DNA from: Malacoraja senta | Lineage: Eukaryota | Direction: 5' to 3' | Assembly: GCA_038087875.1 (NCBI GenBank) | Contig: JAXLNO010000511.1 | Location: 310,001-351,120, forward strand | DNA length: 41,120 bases | Part shown: in pieces, positions 24,270 to 38,447 of the stretch | Numbering within the stretch: position 1 is the stretch's first letter | How the letters are laid out: each line of letters opens with the position of its first letter | Notes under the pieces: generated by a model | The model's input: only the letters and a program-made list of their open reading frames with translations | What the model was told of the DNA's origin: nothing | Database searches by the model: none | Position numbers and translations under genes: made by a program

Positions 24270-25390
24270 GAAAATTCATCATGCGGAAATCGACGAAAAT
24301 TCAGCATGCGAAAAGCGATGAAAATGAAGCACTGGAAAAGCGACAAAGATTCAGCATGCGAAAAGCGATGAACCTTCAGTATGTGAAAAGTGATGTAAAT
24401 GGAACATGCGAAAAGCGACGATAATTGAGCACATGATAAGCGACATAAATTCAGGATGCGAAAAGCGACGAACCTTCAGTATGCTAAAAGTGATGAAAAT
24501 GCAGCACATGAAAAGCGACGAAAATTCAGCACGCGAAAAGTGACGAACCAGGACGAGAAAAGCGATGAAAATGAAGCACGGGAAAAGCGACGAAAATTCA
24601 GCATGCGAAAAGCGACGAAAATTCAGCACGCGAAAAGTGACGAAAATTCATCATGCGGAAATCGACGAAAATTCAGCATGCGAAAAGCGATGAAAATGAA
24701 GCACTGGAAAAGCGACAAAGATTCAGCATGCGAAAAGCGACGAACCTTCAGTATGTGAAAAGTGATGTAAATGGAACACGGGAAAAGCGACGATAATTGA
24801 GCACATGATAAGCGACGTAAATTCAGGATGCGAAAAGCGACGAGCCTTCTGTATGCTAAAAGTGATGAAAATGCAGCACATGAAAAGCGACGAAAATTCA
24901 GCACGCGAAAAGTGACGAACCAGGACGAGAAAAGCGATGAAAATGAAGCACGGGAAAAGCGACGAAAATTCAGCATGCGAAAAGCGACGAAAATTCAGCA
25001 CGCGAAAAGTGACAAATATTCATCATGCGGAAATCGACGAAAATTCAGCATGCGAAAAGCGATGAAAATGAAGCACTGGAAAAGCGACAAAGATTCAGCA
25101 TGCGAAAAGCGACGAACCTTCAGTATGTGAAAAGTGATATAAATGGAACACGGGAAAAGCGACGATAATTGAGCACATGATAAGCGACGTAAATTCAGGA
25201 TGCGAAAAGCGACGAGCCTTCTGTATGCTAAAAGTGATGAAAATGCAGCACATGAAAAGCGACGAAAATTCAGCACGCGAAAAGTGACGAACCAGGACGA
25301 GAAAAGCGATGAAAATGAAGCACGGGAAAAGCGACGAAAATTCAGCATGCGAAAAGCGACGAAAATTCAGCACGCTAAAAGTGACAAATA
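24270..25390. repeat. 372-bp higher-order repeat, three near-identical tandem copies
   Basis: ORF-track series 24351/24723/25095 and 24456/24828/25200 at exact 372 spacing; marker TTCATCATGCG recurs every 372 bp. Confidence 0.92.
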
Positions 25391-28300
25391 TTCATCATGC
25401 GAAAATCGATGATAATTCAGCAAGCGAAAAGAGACGAACCATCAGGATGCGAAAAGCGATGAAAATGAGGCACTGGAAAAGCAAGAAAAATTCAGCATGT
25501 GAAAAGTGACAAACCAGGACGCAAAAAGCAATTAAAATGAGGCACGGAAAAAACGACGAAAATTCAGCATGCGAAAAGCGATGAACCTTCAGTATAGGAA
25601 AAGTGATGAGAATGAAACACACGAAAAGCGACGATAATTCAGCACATGAAAAGTGACATAAATTCAGGATGCGAAAAGCGACGAACCTTCAGTATGCTAA
25701 AAGTGATGAAAATGCAGCACATGAAAAGCGACGAAAATTCAGCACGCGAAAAGTGACGAACCAGGACGAGAAAAGCGATGAAAATGAAGCACGGGAAAAG
25801 CGACGAAAATTCAGCATGCGAAAAGCGACGAAGATTCAGCACGCTAAAAGTGACAAAAATTCAGCATGCGAAAATCGATGATAATTCAGCATGCGAAAAG
25901 AGACGAACCATCAGGATGCGAAAAGCGATGAAAATGAGGCACTGGAAAAGCGAGAAAAATTCAGCATGTGAAAAGTGAAAAACCAGGACTCAAAAAGCAA
26001 TTAAAATGAGGCACGGAAAAAACGACGAAAATTCAGCATGCGAAAAGCAACGAAACTTCAGCACGCAAAAAGTGACGATCCTTCAGGACGTGAAAAGTGA
26101 TGAAATTGAAGCATGGGGAAAAGCAACGACAATTTAGCATGCTAAAAGCGACGAACCTTCAGTATGCGAAAAGTGATGATAATGAAGCATGCAAAAAGCT
26201 ACGAAAATTCAGCATGCGAAAAGCTACAAAAATACAGCACACAAAAAGCAACGTAAATTCAGGACGCAAAACATCGGGACACATAAAGCGACGAAAATTT
26301 CAGCACATGAAAAGCGACAAAATTTCAGCGCATGAAAAGCTACGAAAATTCAGCCTGCGAAATGCGATGAAAATTTAGCACGTGAAAAATTATGAACTTT
26401 CAGGATGCGAAAAGCGACGAAAATTCAGCCCTCGAAAAGTGACGAAATTTCTGAACATGAAAGCGACAAAAATTCAGCACGCGAATAGTGACATAAATTC
26501 AGCACGCGAAAAGCAACGAAAATTCAGCACGCGAAAAGTGATGAAGAAGCACTGGAAAAGCGACGAAAATTCTGAATGCGAGAAGCAACGAACTTTCAGT
26601 ATGCAAAAAGTGATGAAAATGAAACACGCAAAAAGCGACGATAATTCAGCACACAAAAAGTGACATAAATTCAGGACACGAAAAGCAACAAAACATCGGG
26701 ATACATAAAGCGACGAATATTTCAGCACGTGAAAAGCGACAAAATTTCCCCACATGAAAAGCGACGAAAATTCAGCATGCGAAAAGCGATGAAAATTCAG
26801 CACATGAAAAATGAGGAACCTTCAGGACGCGAAAAGCGACGAAAATTCAGTACGCGAAGTGACGAAATTTCAGATCGAGGTAAGCGACGAAATTTCAGCC
26901 ATGAAAAGTGACAAAAATTCAGCATGCGAAAAGCGACGAGACTTCAGGACGCGAAAAGTGATAAAAAAAAATTAAGCACGCGAAAGGCGACGAAAACACA
27001 GCCTGCGAAAAGCAATGAGAACTCAGCATGGGAAAAGTGACAAAAATACAGCACGTGAAAAGCGACGAAAACTCAGCCTGCGAAAAGCGATGAAAATTCA
27101 GCATGCGAAAAGCAACAAACCTTCAGGACGTGAAAAGCGATGAAAATGAAGAACTGGAAAAGTGACGAAAATTCTGCATGCTAAAAGCGATGAACATTCA
27201 GGAGGTGAAAAACGATGTAAATTCAGCACGCAAAAAGTAACGGAATTTCAGAAAGAGAAAAGCGATGAAATATCAGTAAGGGAAAAACGACGAAAATTCA
27301 GCACACGAAAAGTGACGAAAATTCAGCATGCAAAATGTGACGAAATTTCAGAACATGACAAGCAGCGAAAATTCAGCTCACGAAAAGCAATGTAAATTCA
27401 GGACGCGAAAAGCGACCAAACTTCAGCATGCGAAAAGCGACGAACCTTCAGGAAAAGAGATCAAAATGAAGCATACGAAAGGCGATGAAAATTCAGCATG
27501 CGAAAAGTGACAAAAATACAACACGTGAAAAGCGACGAAAACTGAGCCTGCGAAAAGCAACGAAAATTCAGCACACGAAAAGAGACGAAAATTCAGCACA
27601 CATAAAGTGACGAACCTTCAGGACGCGAAAAGCGATGAAAATGAAGCACTGGGAAAGTGATTAAAATTCAGCACGTGAAATGCGACGAATATTCAGCATG
27701 CGAAAAGTGACAAAAATACAGCACGTGAAAAGCGACGAATATTCAGCATGCGAAAAGTGACGAAAATACAGCACGTGAAAAGCAACGTAAACTCAGCCTG
27801 TGAAAAGTGACAAAAATTCAGCACGCGAAAAGCGACGACAATTCAGCATGCGAAAATTGACGAACCTTCAGGACGCGAAAAGCGATGAAAATGAGGAATG
27901 GGAAAAGCGACGATAATTCAGCATGCGAAAAGTGACGAAATTCAGCACATGAAAAGCGACGTGAATTCAGGACATGTAAAGCGACAAAACTTCAGCATGC
28001 GAAAAGCGACGAATCTTCAGGAGGCGAAAAGTGATGAAAATGAAGCACATGAAAGGTGATGAAAATGAAGCACGCGAAAGGCTTTGAAAATGAAGCACGC
28101 GAAAGGCTTTGAAAATGAAGCACGCGAAAAGTGACGTAAATTCAGCACGCGAAAAGGAACGAAATTTCAGAAAGAAAAATGTGACAAAAATTCAGCATGG
28201 GAAAAGCGACGAAAATTCAGCATGCGAAAAGCGACAAAAATTAATCACGCGAAAAGCGACGAAAATTAATCGCGTGAAAAGTGACGAGTTTTCTGTACGT

Positions 28301-29643
28301 GAAAAGCGACAAAAATTCAGCACGCAAAAAGTGACGAAAATTCAGGATGCGAAAATCGACGAAAATACAGCATGCGAAAAGCAACAAACCTTCAGGACGC
28401 GAAAAGCGATGAAATTGAAGAACTGGAAAAGTGACGAAAATTCTGCATGCGAAAAGTGATGAACCTTCAGTATGCGAAAAGTGATGAAAATGAAACGCGA
28501 AAAGCGACGATAATTCAGCAAATGAAAAGCGGCGTAAATTCAGGATGCGAAAAGTGATGAAACTTCAGCAGGCGAAAGCCGACGTAAATTAAGGATGCAA
28601 AAACAACGAAAATTCAGCATGCGAAAAGTGACGAATCTTAAGGACGCGAAAAGTGACGAAAATTCAGCATGCGAAAATCCAGGACGAGAAAAGCGATGAA
28701 AATGAAGCACTGGAAAAGCGACGAAAATTCAGCATGCGAAAAGCGATGAACCTTCAGTATGCAAAAAGTTATGAAAATGAAACACGCGAAAAGCGATGAT
28801 AATTCAGCACATGAAAAGCGACATAAATTGAGGAAGCGAAAAGCGACGAAACTTCAGCATGCGAAAAGCGACGAACATTCAGGACGCGAAAAACGATGTA
28901 AATTCAGCCCGCGAAATGTAACGGAATTTCAGAAAGAGAAAAGCGATGAAAAATCAGTAAGGGAAAAGCGACGAAAATTCAGCATGCGAAAAGGGATGAA
29001 AATTCAGCATGCGACAAGTGACGAAATTTCAGCACACGAAAGGCAATGATCCTTCAGGACGTGAAAAGTGATGATCCTTCAGGACGTGAAAAGCGACGAA
29101 AATTCAGCATGCCAAAAGTGACGAAATTTCAGGATGTGAAATGCGACGAAATAGCAGCACACGAAAAAGCGCAGAAATTTCAGCGGACAAAAAGCGACGA
29201 AAATTCAGCATGCAAAAAGCGACGAACCTTCAAGACGCAAAAAGCGATGAAAATGAAGCACGCAAAAAGTGACGAAAATTCAGCATGCAAAAAGCGACAA
29301 AAATTCAGCATGCAAAAATCGACGTAATATCAGGACGAATAATGCGATGAAATTTCAGGACGTGAAAGGCGACAACATTTTCAGGACATGAAAGGCGACG
29401 AAATTTCAGCACGCGAAAAGTGACGATCCTTCAGGACATGAAAAGCAACGAAATATCAGCACACGAAAAGCAACAAAAATTCAGCACACAAAAAGTGACG
29501 AAATTTCAGCACACAAAATGCAACTAAAATACAGCATGCGAAACGCGACGAAATTACAGGACGCATAAAGCGACGAAATTTCAGAACATGAAAAGTGATG
29601 AAATTTCAACACACGAAAAGTGCCGAAATTTCAGCACACAAAA

Positions 29644-29704
29644 CAGATACATAGATACATAGAAAATAGGTGCATTGCACAGCCATTCAATATGATCATG
29701 GCTG
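29644..29704 (-). mobile_element. Very short CR1-type LINE 3'-end fragment (tail repeat plus internally deleted 3' UTR)
   Basis: Non-satellite CAGATACATAGATACATAGAAAATAGGTGCATTGCACAGCCATTCAATATGATCATGGCTG. The 8-bp repeat (AGATACAT) at one end resembles a CR1 tail on the minus strand; family assignment is from recollection only. Confidence 0.6.
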
Positions 29705-32700
29705 AAATGCGACGACAATTCAGCATGCGGAAACGACGAAACATCAGGACGCATAAAGCAACTAAATTTCAGAACGTGATAAGCGGCGAAATTTCAGAAC
29801 GTGTAAAGCGGCGAAATTTCAACACACGAAAAAGCGACGAAAATTCAGCATACGAAAAGCGACGAAAATTCAGCACGTGAAAAGAGAGGAACCTTCAGGA
29901 CGTTAAAACCAACTAAAATTCTGCACGCGTAAAGTGACGGAAATTCCGTACGCAGAAGGTGAAAAGTGACCAAAATTTAGCACGCGAAAAGCGATGAGAA
30001 TTCAGCATGCAAAAAGCAACTAAAATTCAGCACGCGAAAAGCAACGTAATTTCAGGATGAATAAGGTGACGAGATTTCAACATGCGAAAAGCGATGAAAA
30101 TTCAACATGCGAAAAACGACGAACCTTCAAGATGCGAAAAGCGATGAAAATGAAGCACGCAAAAAGCGACGAAAATTCAGCACGCGTAAAGTGACAAAAA
30201 TTCAACACGCGTAAAGCGACAAACCTTCAGGAGGCGAAAAGCGACAGAAATTCCGCAGGCAAAAGTGACTACATTTCAGAACGTTAAAAGCGATGGAAAT
30301 TTAGCACGCGAAAAGTGATAAAAATTAAGCATGCGAAAGTGACAAAAATTCAACACGTGAAAAGCGACGTAATATCAGGACGAATAAGGCGACGAAAATT
30401 CAGCACGCAAAAAGCAACGATCCTTCAGGACGTGAAAAGCGACGATCCTTCAGGACATGAAAAGCGATGAAAATTCAGCACGCCAAAAGTGACGAAATAT
30501 CAGGACGTGAAAAGTGACGAAATATCAGCACACGAAAAGCGCCGAAATTTCAGCACCGAAAAAGCGACTAAAATTCAGCATGCGAAACGCGACGAAATTA
30601 CAGGACACATATAGCGACGAAATTTCAGAACATGAAAAGCGACGAAATTTCAGCACACAAAAAGCGCCAAAATTTCAGCACACAAAAAGCGACGAAAATT
30701 CACCATGCAAAACGCGACGAAATTACAGGACGCATAAGGCGACGAAATTTCAGAACATGAAAAGCGATGAAATTTCAGCACACGAAAAGTGCCAAAATTT
30801 CAGCGCACAAAAAGCGTCGAAAATTCAGCATGCGGAAAGTGACAAAACATCAGGATGCATAAAGCGACGTAATTTCAGAACGTGAAAAGCGGCGAAATTT
30901 CAGAACGTGAAAAGCGGCGACATTTCAACACACGAAAAGCGACGAAAATTGAGCATACGAAAAGTGACGAAAATTCAGCACGCGAAAAGAGAGGAACCTT
31001 CAGGACATTAAAACCAACTAAAATTCTGCATGCGTAAAGTGACGAAAATTCAGCACGCGAAAAGCGACAAACCTTCATGACACGAAAAGTGATGGAAATT
31101 CCGCACGCGAAAAGTGACTAAAGTTCAGAACGTGAAAAAGCATTAAAAAATTCAGCACACGAAAAGCGACGTAATATCAGGACGCATAAAGCGACGAAAT
31201 TTTAGAATGAGAAAGGCAACGAAATTTCAGGACATGAAAGCTGACGAAATTTCATCACGAAAAGCGACGAACCTTCAAGACGCGAAAAGCGATGAAAATG
31301 ATGCACACAAACAGTGACGAAAATTCAGCATGCAAAAAGCGACAAAATTTCAGCGACGTAATATCAGGATGAATAAAGCGACGAAATTTCAGACGTGAAA
31401 AGTGACTACATTTCAGGACATGAAAGGCGATGATATTTCAGCACATGAAAAGCGCTGAAAATTCAGCACGCAAAAAGCAACGAAAATTCAGCACGCGAAA
31501 AATGAAGAGATTTCAGGACGTGAAAAGTGACGAAATTTCAGCATGCTAAAAGCGACGAAAATTCACCATGCGATAAGCGACAACATTTCAGCACATGAAA
31601 AGCGACTATCCTTCAGGATGTGAAAAGTGACGAAAATTCAGCATGACAAAAATGACGAAATTTAAGGATGTGAAAAGCGATGAAATATCAGCACACGACA
31701 AGCGCCGAAATTTCAGCACACAAAAAGCGACAAAAATTCAGCATGCGAAAAGCGATGAAACATCAGTATGAATAAAGCGATGAAACCTCGGGACTCATAA
31801 AGCGACGATATTTCAGAACCTGAAAAGCGGCGAAATTTCAGCACAGGAAAAGCGACGGAAATTCAGCATGCGGAAAGCGACCAAAATTCAGCAGCCGAAA
31901 AGCGACAAAAATTCAGCGACGTAATATCAGGACGAATAAAGAGACGAAATTTCAGGATGTGAAAGGTGACGAAATTTCAGGACATGATAGGCGACGAAAT
32001 TTCAGCACGCGAAAAGCGCTGAAAATTGAGCCTGTCAAAAGCGATGAAAATTCAGCACGTTAAAAGTGACAAACGTTCAGGACACGAAAAGCAACGATAA
32101 TTCAGGATGTGAAAAGCGACGAAAATTCAGCATGCCAAAAGTGACGAAACATCAGGACGAATAAAGTGATGAAACATCGGGACCCATAAAGCGACGATAT
32201 TTCAGAACCTGAAAAGCGGCGAAATTTCAGCACAGGAAAAGCGACGAAATTTCAACGCACAAAATGTGCCGACATTTCAGCACACAAAAAGCGACGAAAA
32301 TTCAGTATGCGGAAAGTGACGAAACATCAGGACTCATAAAGCGACGACATTTCTGAACGTGAAAAGCGGTGAAATTTCAGAACATGGAAATGCGACGAAA
32401 ATTCAGCACGTGAAAAGAGAGGAACCTTCAGGACGTTAAAACGAAAATTCTGCACGCGGAAAAATTCAGCTCGAGTAAAGCGACAAACCAGGACGCGAAA
32501 AGCGATGGAAATTCCGCACGCAAAAAGTGACTAAAATTCACCACGCGAAAAGCGACATAATATCAGGACGAATAAAGCAACGAAATTTAAGGACGTGAAA
32601 GGCGAAGACATTTCAGGACGTGAAAGGCGACGAAATTTCAGGACATGAAAGGTGACGAAATTTCAGCACGCGAAAAGCGACGAAAATTCAGCCTGTGTAA

Positions 32701-35178
32701 AGCGATGAAAATTCAACACGTTAAAAGTGACAAACTTTCAGGACACGAAAAGCAACGATAATTTAAGGACGTGAAAAGCGATGAAATATCAGCACACGAC
32801 AAGCGCCAAAATTTCAGCACACAAAAAGCGACAAAAATTCAGCTTGCGAAAAGCGATGAAACATCAGGACGAATAAAGCGATGAAACATCGGGACCCATA
32901 AAGCGACGATATTTCAGAACCTGAAAAGTGGCGAAATTTCAGCACAGGAAAAGTGACGAAATTTCAACGCACAAAATGTGCCCACATTTGAGCACACAAA
33001 AAGTGACGAAAATTCAGCATTCGAAAAGTGACGAAACATCAGGATGCATAAAGCGACTAAATTTCAGAACGTGAAAAGCGTCAAAATTTCAGAACGTGAA
33101 AAGCGGCGATATTTCAACATACGAAAAGTGACGAAAATTCAGCATGTGAAAAGCAATGAAAATTCAGCACGTTAAAAGTGACGAACCTTCAGGATACAAA
33201 AAGCGACGATAATTGAGCATGTGAAAAGTGACAAAAATTCAGCATGTGAAAAGTAATGAAAATTCAGTGACGAAAAGCGACAAACCTTCAAGACGCGAAA
33301 AGCGATGCAAATTAAGCACACAAACAGTGACAAAAGTTCTGCATGCAAAAATCGACAAAAAATTCAGTACGCGAAAAGCGATGTAATATCAGGACGATTA
33401 ATGCGACGAAATTTCAGGATGTGAAAGGCGACGAAATTTCAGGACATGAAAGGCGACGAAATTTCAGCACACTAAAAGCGACGAAAATTTAGCCTGTGAA
33501 AAGCAATGAAAATTCAGCACGTTAAAAGTGACGAACCTTCAGGCCACAAAAAGCGACGATAATTCAGCATGTGAAAAGTGACAAAAATTCAGCATGTGAA
33601 AAGTAACGAAAATTCAGCAGGCGAGAAGCAACAAAAATTCAGCCCACCAAAAATGACGTAATTTCAGGACGTGAAAAGCGATGAAATATCGGCACACGAA
33701 AAACGACGAAAATTAAGCACGCAAAAAGCGACGAAAATTCAGCACGCGAAAAGTGAAGAAATTTCAGGACGTGAAAAACGACGAAATTTCAGCATACTAA
33801 AAGCGACGAAAATTTACCATGCGAAAAGCGACGAAATTTCAGCACGCGAAAAGCAACAATCCTTCAGGACGTGAAAAGCGACGAAAATTCAGCACGACAA
33901 AAGTGACAAAATTTAAGGACGTGAATGGAACCAAAATATCAGCACACATAAAGCGCCGAAATTTCAGCACACAAAAAGCGACGAAAAAATCAGCATGCAA
34001 AAAGCGACGAAACTACAGGACGAATAAAGCGATAAAACATCAGGACTCATAAAGCGACAATATTTCAGAACCTGAAAAGCGGCGAAATTTCAGCACAGGA
34101 AAAGTGACGGAAATTCAGCATGCGGAAAGCGACGAAAATTCAGCAGCCGAATAGAGAGGAACCTTCAGGACGTTAAAATCAATGAAGATTCAGCACGTGT
34201 AAAGTGACAAAAATTCAGCACGTGTAAAGCGACAAACCTTCAGGAGGCGAAAAGCGACGGAAATTCCGCATGAAAAGTGAGTAAATTTCAGAACGTTAAA
34301 AGCGACGAAAATTTACCACGCGAAAAGCGACGAAAATTAAGCATGCGAAAAGCGACGAAAATTCAGCATGCAAAAATCGACAAAAATTCAGCACGCGAAA
34401 AGCGACGATCCTTCAGGATGTGAAAAGCGACGAAAATTCAGCACGCCAAAAGCGAGGAAATTTCAGAACATGTAAAGCGACGAAATTTCAACGCACGAAA
34501 TGTGCCGAAATTTCAGCACACAAAAATTGACGAAAATTAAGCATTCGAAAAGTGACGAAACAGCGGCGAAATTTCATAACGTGAAAAGCGGCGATATTTC
34601 AACACACGAAAAGCGATGAAAATTCAGCATTTGAAAAGTGACAAACGTTCAAGACGCGAAAAGCGATGAAAATTAAGCATGCAAAAAACAACAAAAATTC
34701 AGCACGTGAAAAGCGATGTAATATCAGGACGAATAAAGTGACGAAATTTCAGGACATGAAAGGCGACGAAATTTCATGAGATGAAAGCCGACGAAATTTC
34801 AGCACGTGAAAAGCGACGAAAATTCAGCATGCAAAAATCGACAAAAGTCAGGACGCGAAAACGACGTAATATCAGGATGAATAAAGCGACGAAATTTCTG
34901 AACGTGAAAGGCGACGAAATTTCAGGATTAAAGGAGACGAAATTTCAGCACGCGAAAAGCGACGCAAATGCAGCCTGTGAAATGCGATGAAAATTCAGCA
35001 CGTTAAAAGTGACGAGCCTTCAGGACACGAAAAGCTACGATAATTCAGCACGTGAAAAGTGACGGAAATTCAGTACGCGAAAAGCGACAAAATTCAGCCC
35101 GCAAAATTGACGAAATTTCAGGACATGAAAAGCGATGAAATATCAACACACGAAAAGCGACGAAAATTCAGCACGTGA

Positions 35179-35587
35179 TAGGGTCAGGGATGTGTCTGAA
35201 CGCGTGCAAGATATCCTGAAATCCGAGGGAGAGGGGCTGAGGTTGTGGTGCATATAGGTACCAATGACATAGGCAGAAAAAGAGAAGAGGTCCTGAAAGG
35301 AGAATTTAGGGAGTTGGGAGGAGAGTTAAGGAGAAGGTCCGCAAAGGTAACAATCTCAGGACTACTACCTGTGCCACGTGTCAGTGAGAGTAGGAGTGAA
35401 ATGAGGTGGAGGATAATGCGTGGCTGAGGAACTAGTGCAGCGGGCAGGAATTCAAATTTCTGGATCATTGGGACCTCTTTTGGGGAAGGTGTGACCTGTA
35501 CAGAAAGGACGGGTTGCACTTGAACCCGAGGGGAAAAATATCCTGGCGGGGAGATTTGCAAAGGCCACTGGGGAGACTTTAAACTAG
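35179..35587 (+). pseudogene. CR1 ORF1 C-terminus, SGNH/GDSL esterase-like domain
   Basis: RVRDVSERVQDIL, VVHIGTNDI, VTISGLLPVPR, DGLHLNPRG, NILAGRF...TLN*; at least two frameshifts and an internal stop. Confidence 0.88.
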
Positions 35588-35719
35588 AACGGTTGGGGGG
35601 AGGAACTCAAATAGAGAAAGATAGTAGAATATGTGGGAGGCAGGAGAAGCACTCGGACCCAAAATGTAGGGGAGAAAGAAGAAAAAGATAATAAACAGAG
35701 AATAAGTGGTGGTGGGTTT

Positions 35720-38447
35720 CTTAAATGTGTATATTTTAATGCTAGGAGCATTGTAAGAAAGGTGGATGAGCTTAGAGTCTGGATTGAATATGATGTTGTG
35801 GCGATCAGTGAAACATGGTTGCAGGAGGGCTGTGATTGGAAACTAAATTTTGCAGGATTTCGTTGCTTCAGGGGTGATAGAATTGGAGGGGCAAGACGTG
35901 GGGGTGTTGCATTGCTTGTCAAGGAAGATATTACAGCAGTGCTTTGGCAGGATAGATTAGAGGGCTCGTCTAGGGAGGCTATTTGGGTGGAGCTGACAAA
36001 TGGGAAAGGTGTAGCAACACTTATAGGGGTGTATTATAGACCGCGAAATGGGGAGCGAGAATTGGAAGAGCAAATATGTAAGGAGATAGCAGATATTAGT
36101 AGTAAGCACAAGGTAGTGATTGTGGGAGACTTCAATTTTCCACACATAGACTGGGAAACACATTTTGTAAAAGGGCTGGATGGTTTGGAGTTTGTAAAAT
36201 GTGCGCAGGATAGTTTTTGCAGCAATACATAGAGGTACCCACTAGAGAAGGGGCAGTACTGGACCTCCTGTTAGGAAATGAGACAGGGCAGGTGGCGGAG
36301 GTAAGCGTTGGGGAGCACTTCGGGTCCAGTGATCACAATACCATTAGTTTCAATATAATTATGCAGAGAGTCAGAACTGGACCTGGGGTTGAGATTTTTG
36401 ATTGGAGAAAGGCTAACTTTGAGGAGATGCGAAAGGATTTAAAAGGAGTGAATTGGGACATGTTGTTTTATGGGAAGGATGTAGAAGAGAAATGGAGGAC
36501 ATTTAAAGGTGCATTTTATGCACAGAATCTTTATGTCCCTGTTCGGTTGAAAGGATATAGTAAAAATTGGAAAGAGCCATTGTTTTCAAGGGAAATTGGA
36601 CACTTGGTTCGGAAAAAGAGAGAGATCTACAATGTTATAGGCAGCATGGAGTAAATTAGGTGCTTGAGGAGTATAAAGAATGTAAAAATAATATTAAGAA
36701 ATAAATTAGAAAAGCTAAAAGAAGATATGAGGTTGCCTTGGCAAGTAAGGTGAAAGTAAATCCAAAGGGTTTCTACAGCTATATTATTAGCAAAAGGATA
36801 ACAAGGAATAAAATTGGTCCATTAGAGAGTCACAGTGGACAGCTATCTGTAGAGCCAAAAGAGATGGGGGAGATATTGAACAATTTCTTTTCTTCGGTAT
36901 TCACCAAGCAGAAGGATATTGAATTATGTGCGGTAAGGGAAACAAGCAGAGTAGCAATGGAAACTATGAGATTCAAAGAAGAGGAGGTGCGGACACTTTT
37001 GAAAAATATGAAAACGGATAAGTCTCCAGGTCCTGACAGGATATTCCCGAGGACATTGAGGGAAGTTAGTGTAGAAATAGCAGGGGATATGACAGAAATA
37101 TTTCAAATGTCATTAGAAACGGGAATAGTGCCGGAGGATTGGCGTATTGCGCATGTTGTTCCGTTGTTTAAAAAGGGTTCTAAGAGTAAACCTAGCAATT
37201 ACAGACCTGTTAGTTTGACGTCAGTTGTGGGCAGATTAATGGAAAGGATACTTAGAGATAATATATATAAGCATCTGGATAAGCAGGGTCTGATTAGGAA
37301 CAGTCAACATGGATTTGTGCCTGGAATTTCATGTTTGACTAATCTTCTAGAATTTTTCGAAGAGGTTACTAGGGAAATTGATGTCGGTAAAGCAGTGGAT
37401 ATTGTCTATATGGACTTCAGTAACGTCTTTGACAAGGTTCCTCATGGAAGGTTGGTTAAGACGATTCAATTGTTGGGTATTATTGGTGGAATAGCAAGAT
37501 GGATTCAACAGTGGCTGAATGGGAGATACCAGAGAGTAATGGTGGATGGCTGTTTGTCAGGTTGGAGGCCGGTGACTAGTGGGGTGCCTCAGGGGTCTGT
37601 GTTGGGTCCACTTTTGTTTGTCATGTACATCAATGATCTGGATGATGGTGTGGAAAATTGGATTAGTAAGTATGCAGATGATACTAAGATAGGTGGTGTG
37701 GTGGATAATGAAGTAGATTTTCAAAGTCTACAGAGAGATTTAGGCCATTTGGAAGAGTGGGCTGAAAGATGGCAGATGGAGTTTAATGCTGATAAATGTG
37801 AGGTACTACATCTCGGCAGGACAAATCAAAATAGGATGTACATGGTAAATGGTAGAGAATTGAGTAATACAGTTGAACAGAGGGATCTAGGAATAACTGT
37901 GCATAGTTCCCTGAAGGTGGAATCTCATATAGATAGGGTGGTAAAGAAAGCGTTTGGTGTGCTGGCCTTTATAAATCAGAGCATTGAATATAGAAGTTGG
38001 GATGTAATGTAAAAATTGTACAAGGCATTGGTGAGGCCAATTCTGGAGTATGGAGTACAATTTTGGTCGCCTAATTATAGGAAGGATGTCAACAAAATAG
38101 AGAGAGTACAGAGGAGATTTACTAGAATGTTGCCTGGGTTTCAGCAACTAAGTTACAGAGAAAGGTTGAACAAGTTAGGTCTTTATTCTTTGGAGCGCAG
38201 AAGGTTAAGAGGGGACTTGATAGAGGTCTTTAAAATTATGAGCGGGTTAGACAGAGTTGACGTGGATAAGCTTTTTCCATTGAGAGTAGGGAAGATTCAA
38301 ACAAGGGGACATGACTGGAGAATTAAGGGACAGAAGTTTAGGGGTAACATTAGGGGGAACTTCTTTACTCAGAGAGGGGTAGCTGTGTGGAATGAGCTTC
38401 CAGTGGAAGTGGTGGAGGCAGGTTCGATTTTATCCTTTAAAAATTGA
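35720..38447 (+). pseudogene. CR1 ORF2, APE endonuclease plus reverse transcriptase, fragmented
   Basis: APE motifs YFNARSI, ISETWL, VGDFNFP, LDLLL, SDH; RT motifs KSPGPD, NYRPVSLTS, QHGF, GVPQGSVLGP, YADD; C-terminal LERRRLRGDLIEVFKI. Split into ORFs at 35633, 36217, 36738 and 38016. Confidence 0.93.

Larger units (their letters stand above)
16880..24470. repeat. Tandem segmental duplication: ~16880-20410 and ~20415-24470
   Basis: Identical or near-identical ORF-track peptides at 17115/20649 and 17839/21373 (offset 3534), 18938/22902 (3964) and 19490/23529 (4039); both units carry the TIR element at the same satellite site. Confidence 0.92.
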
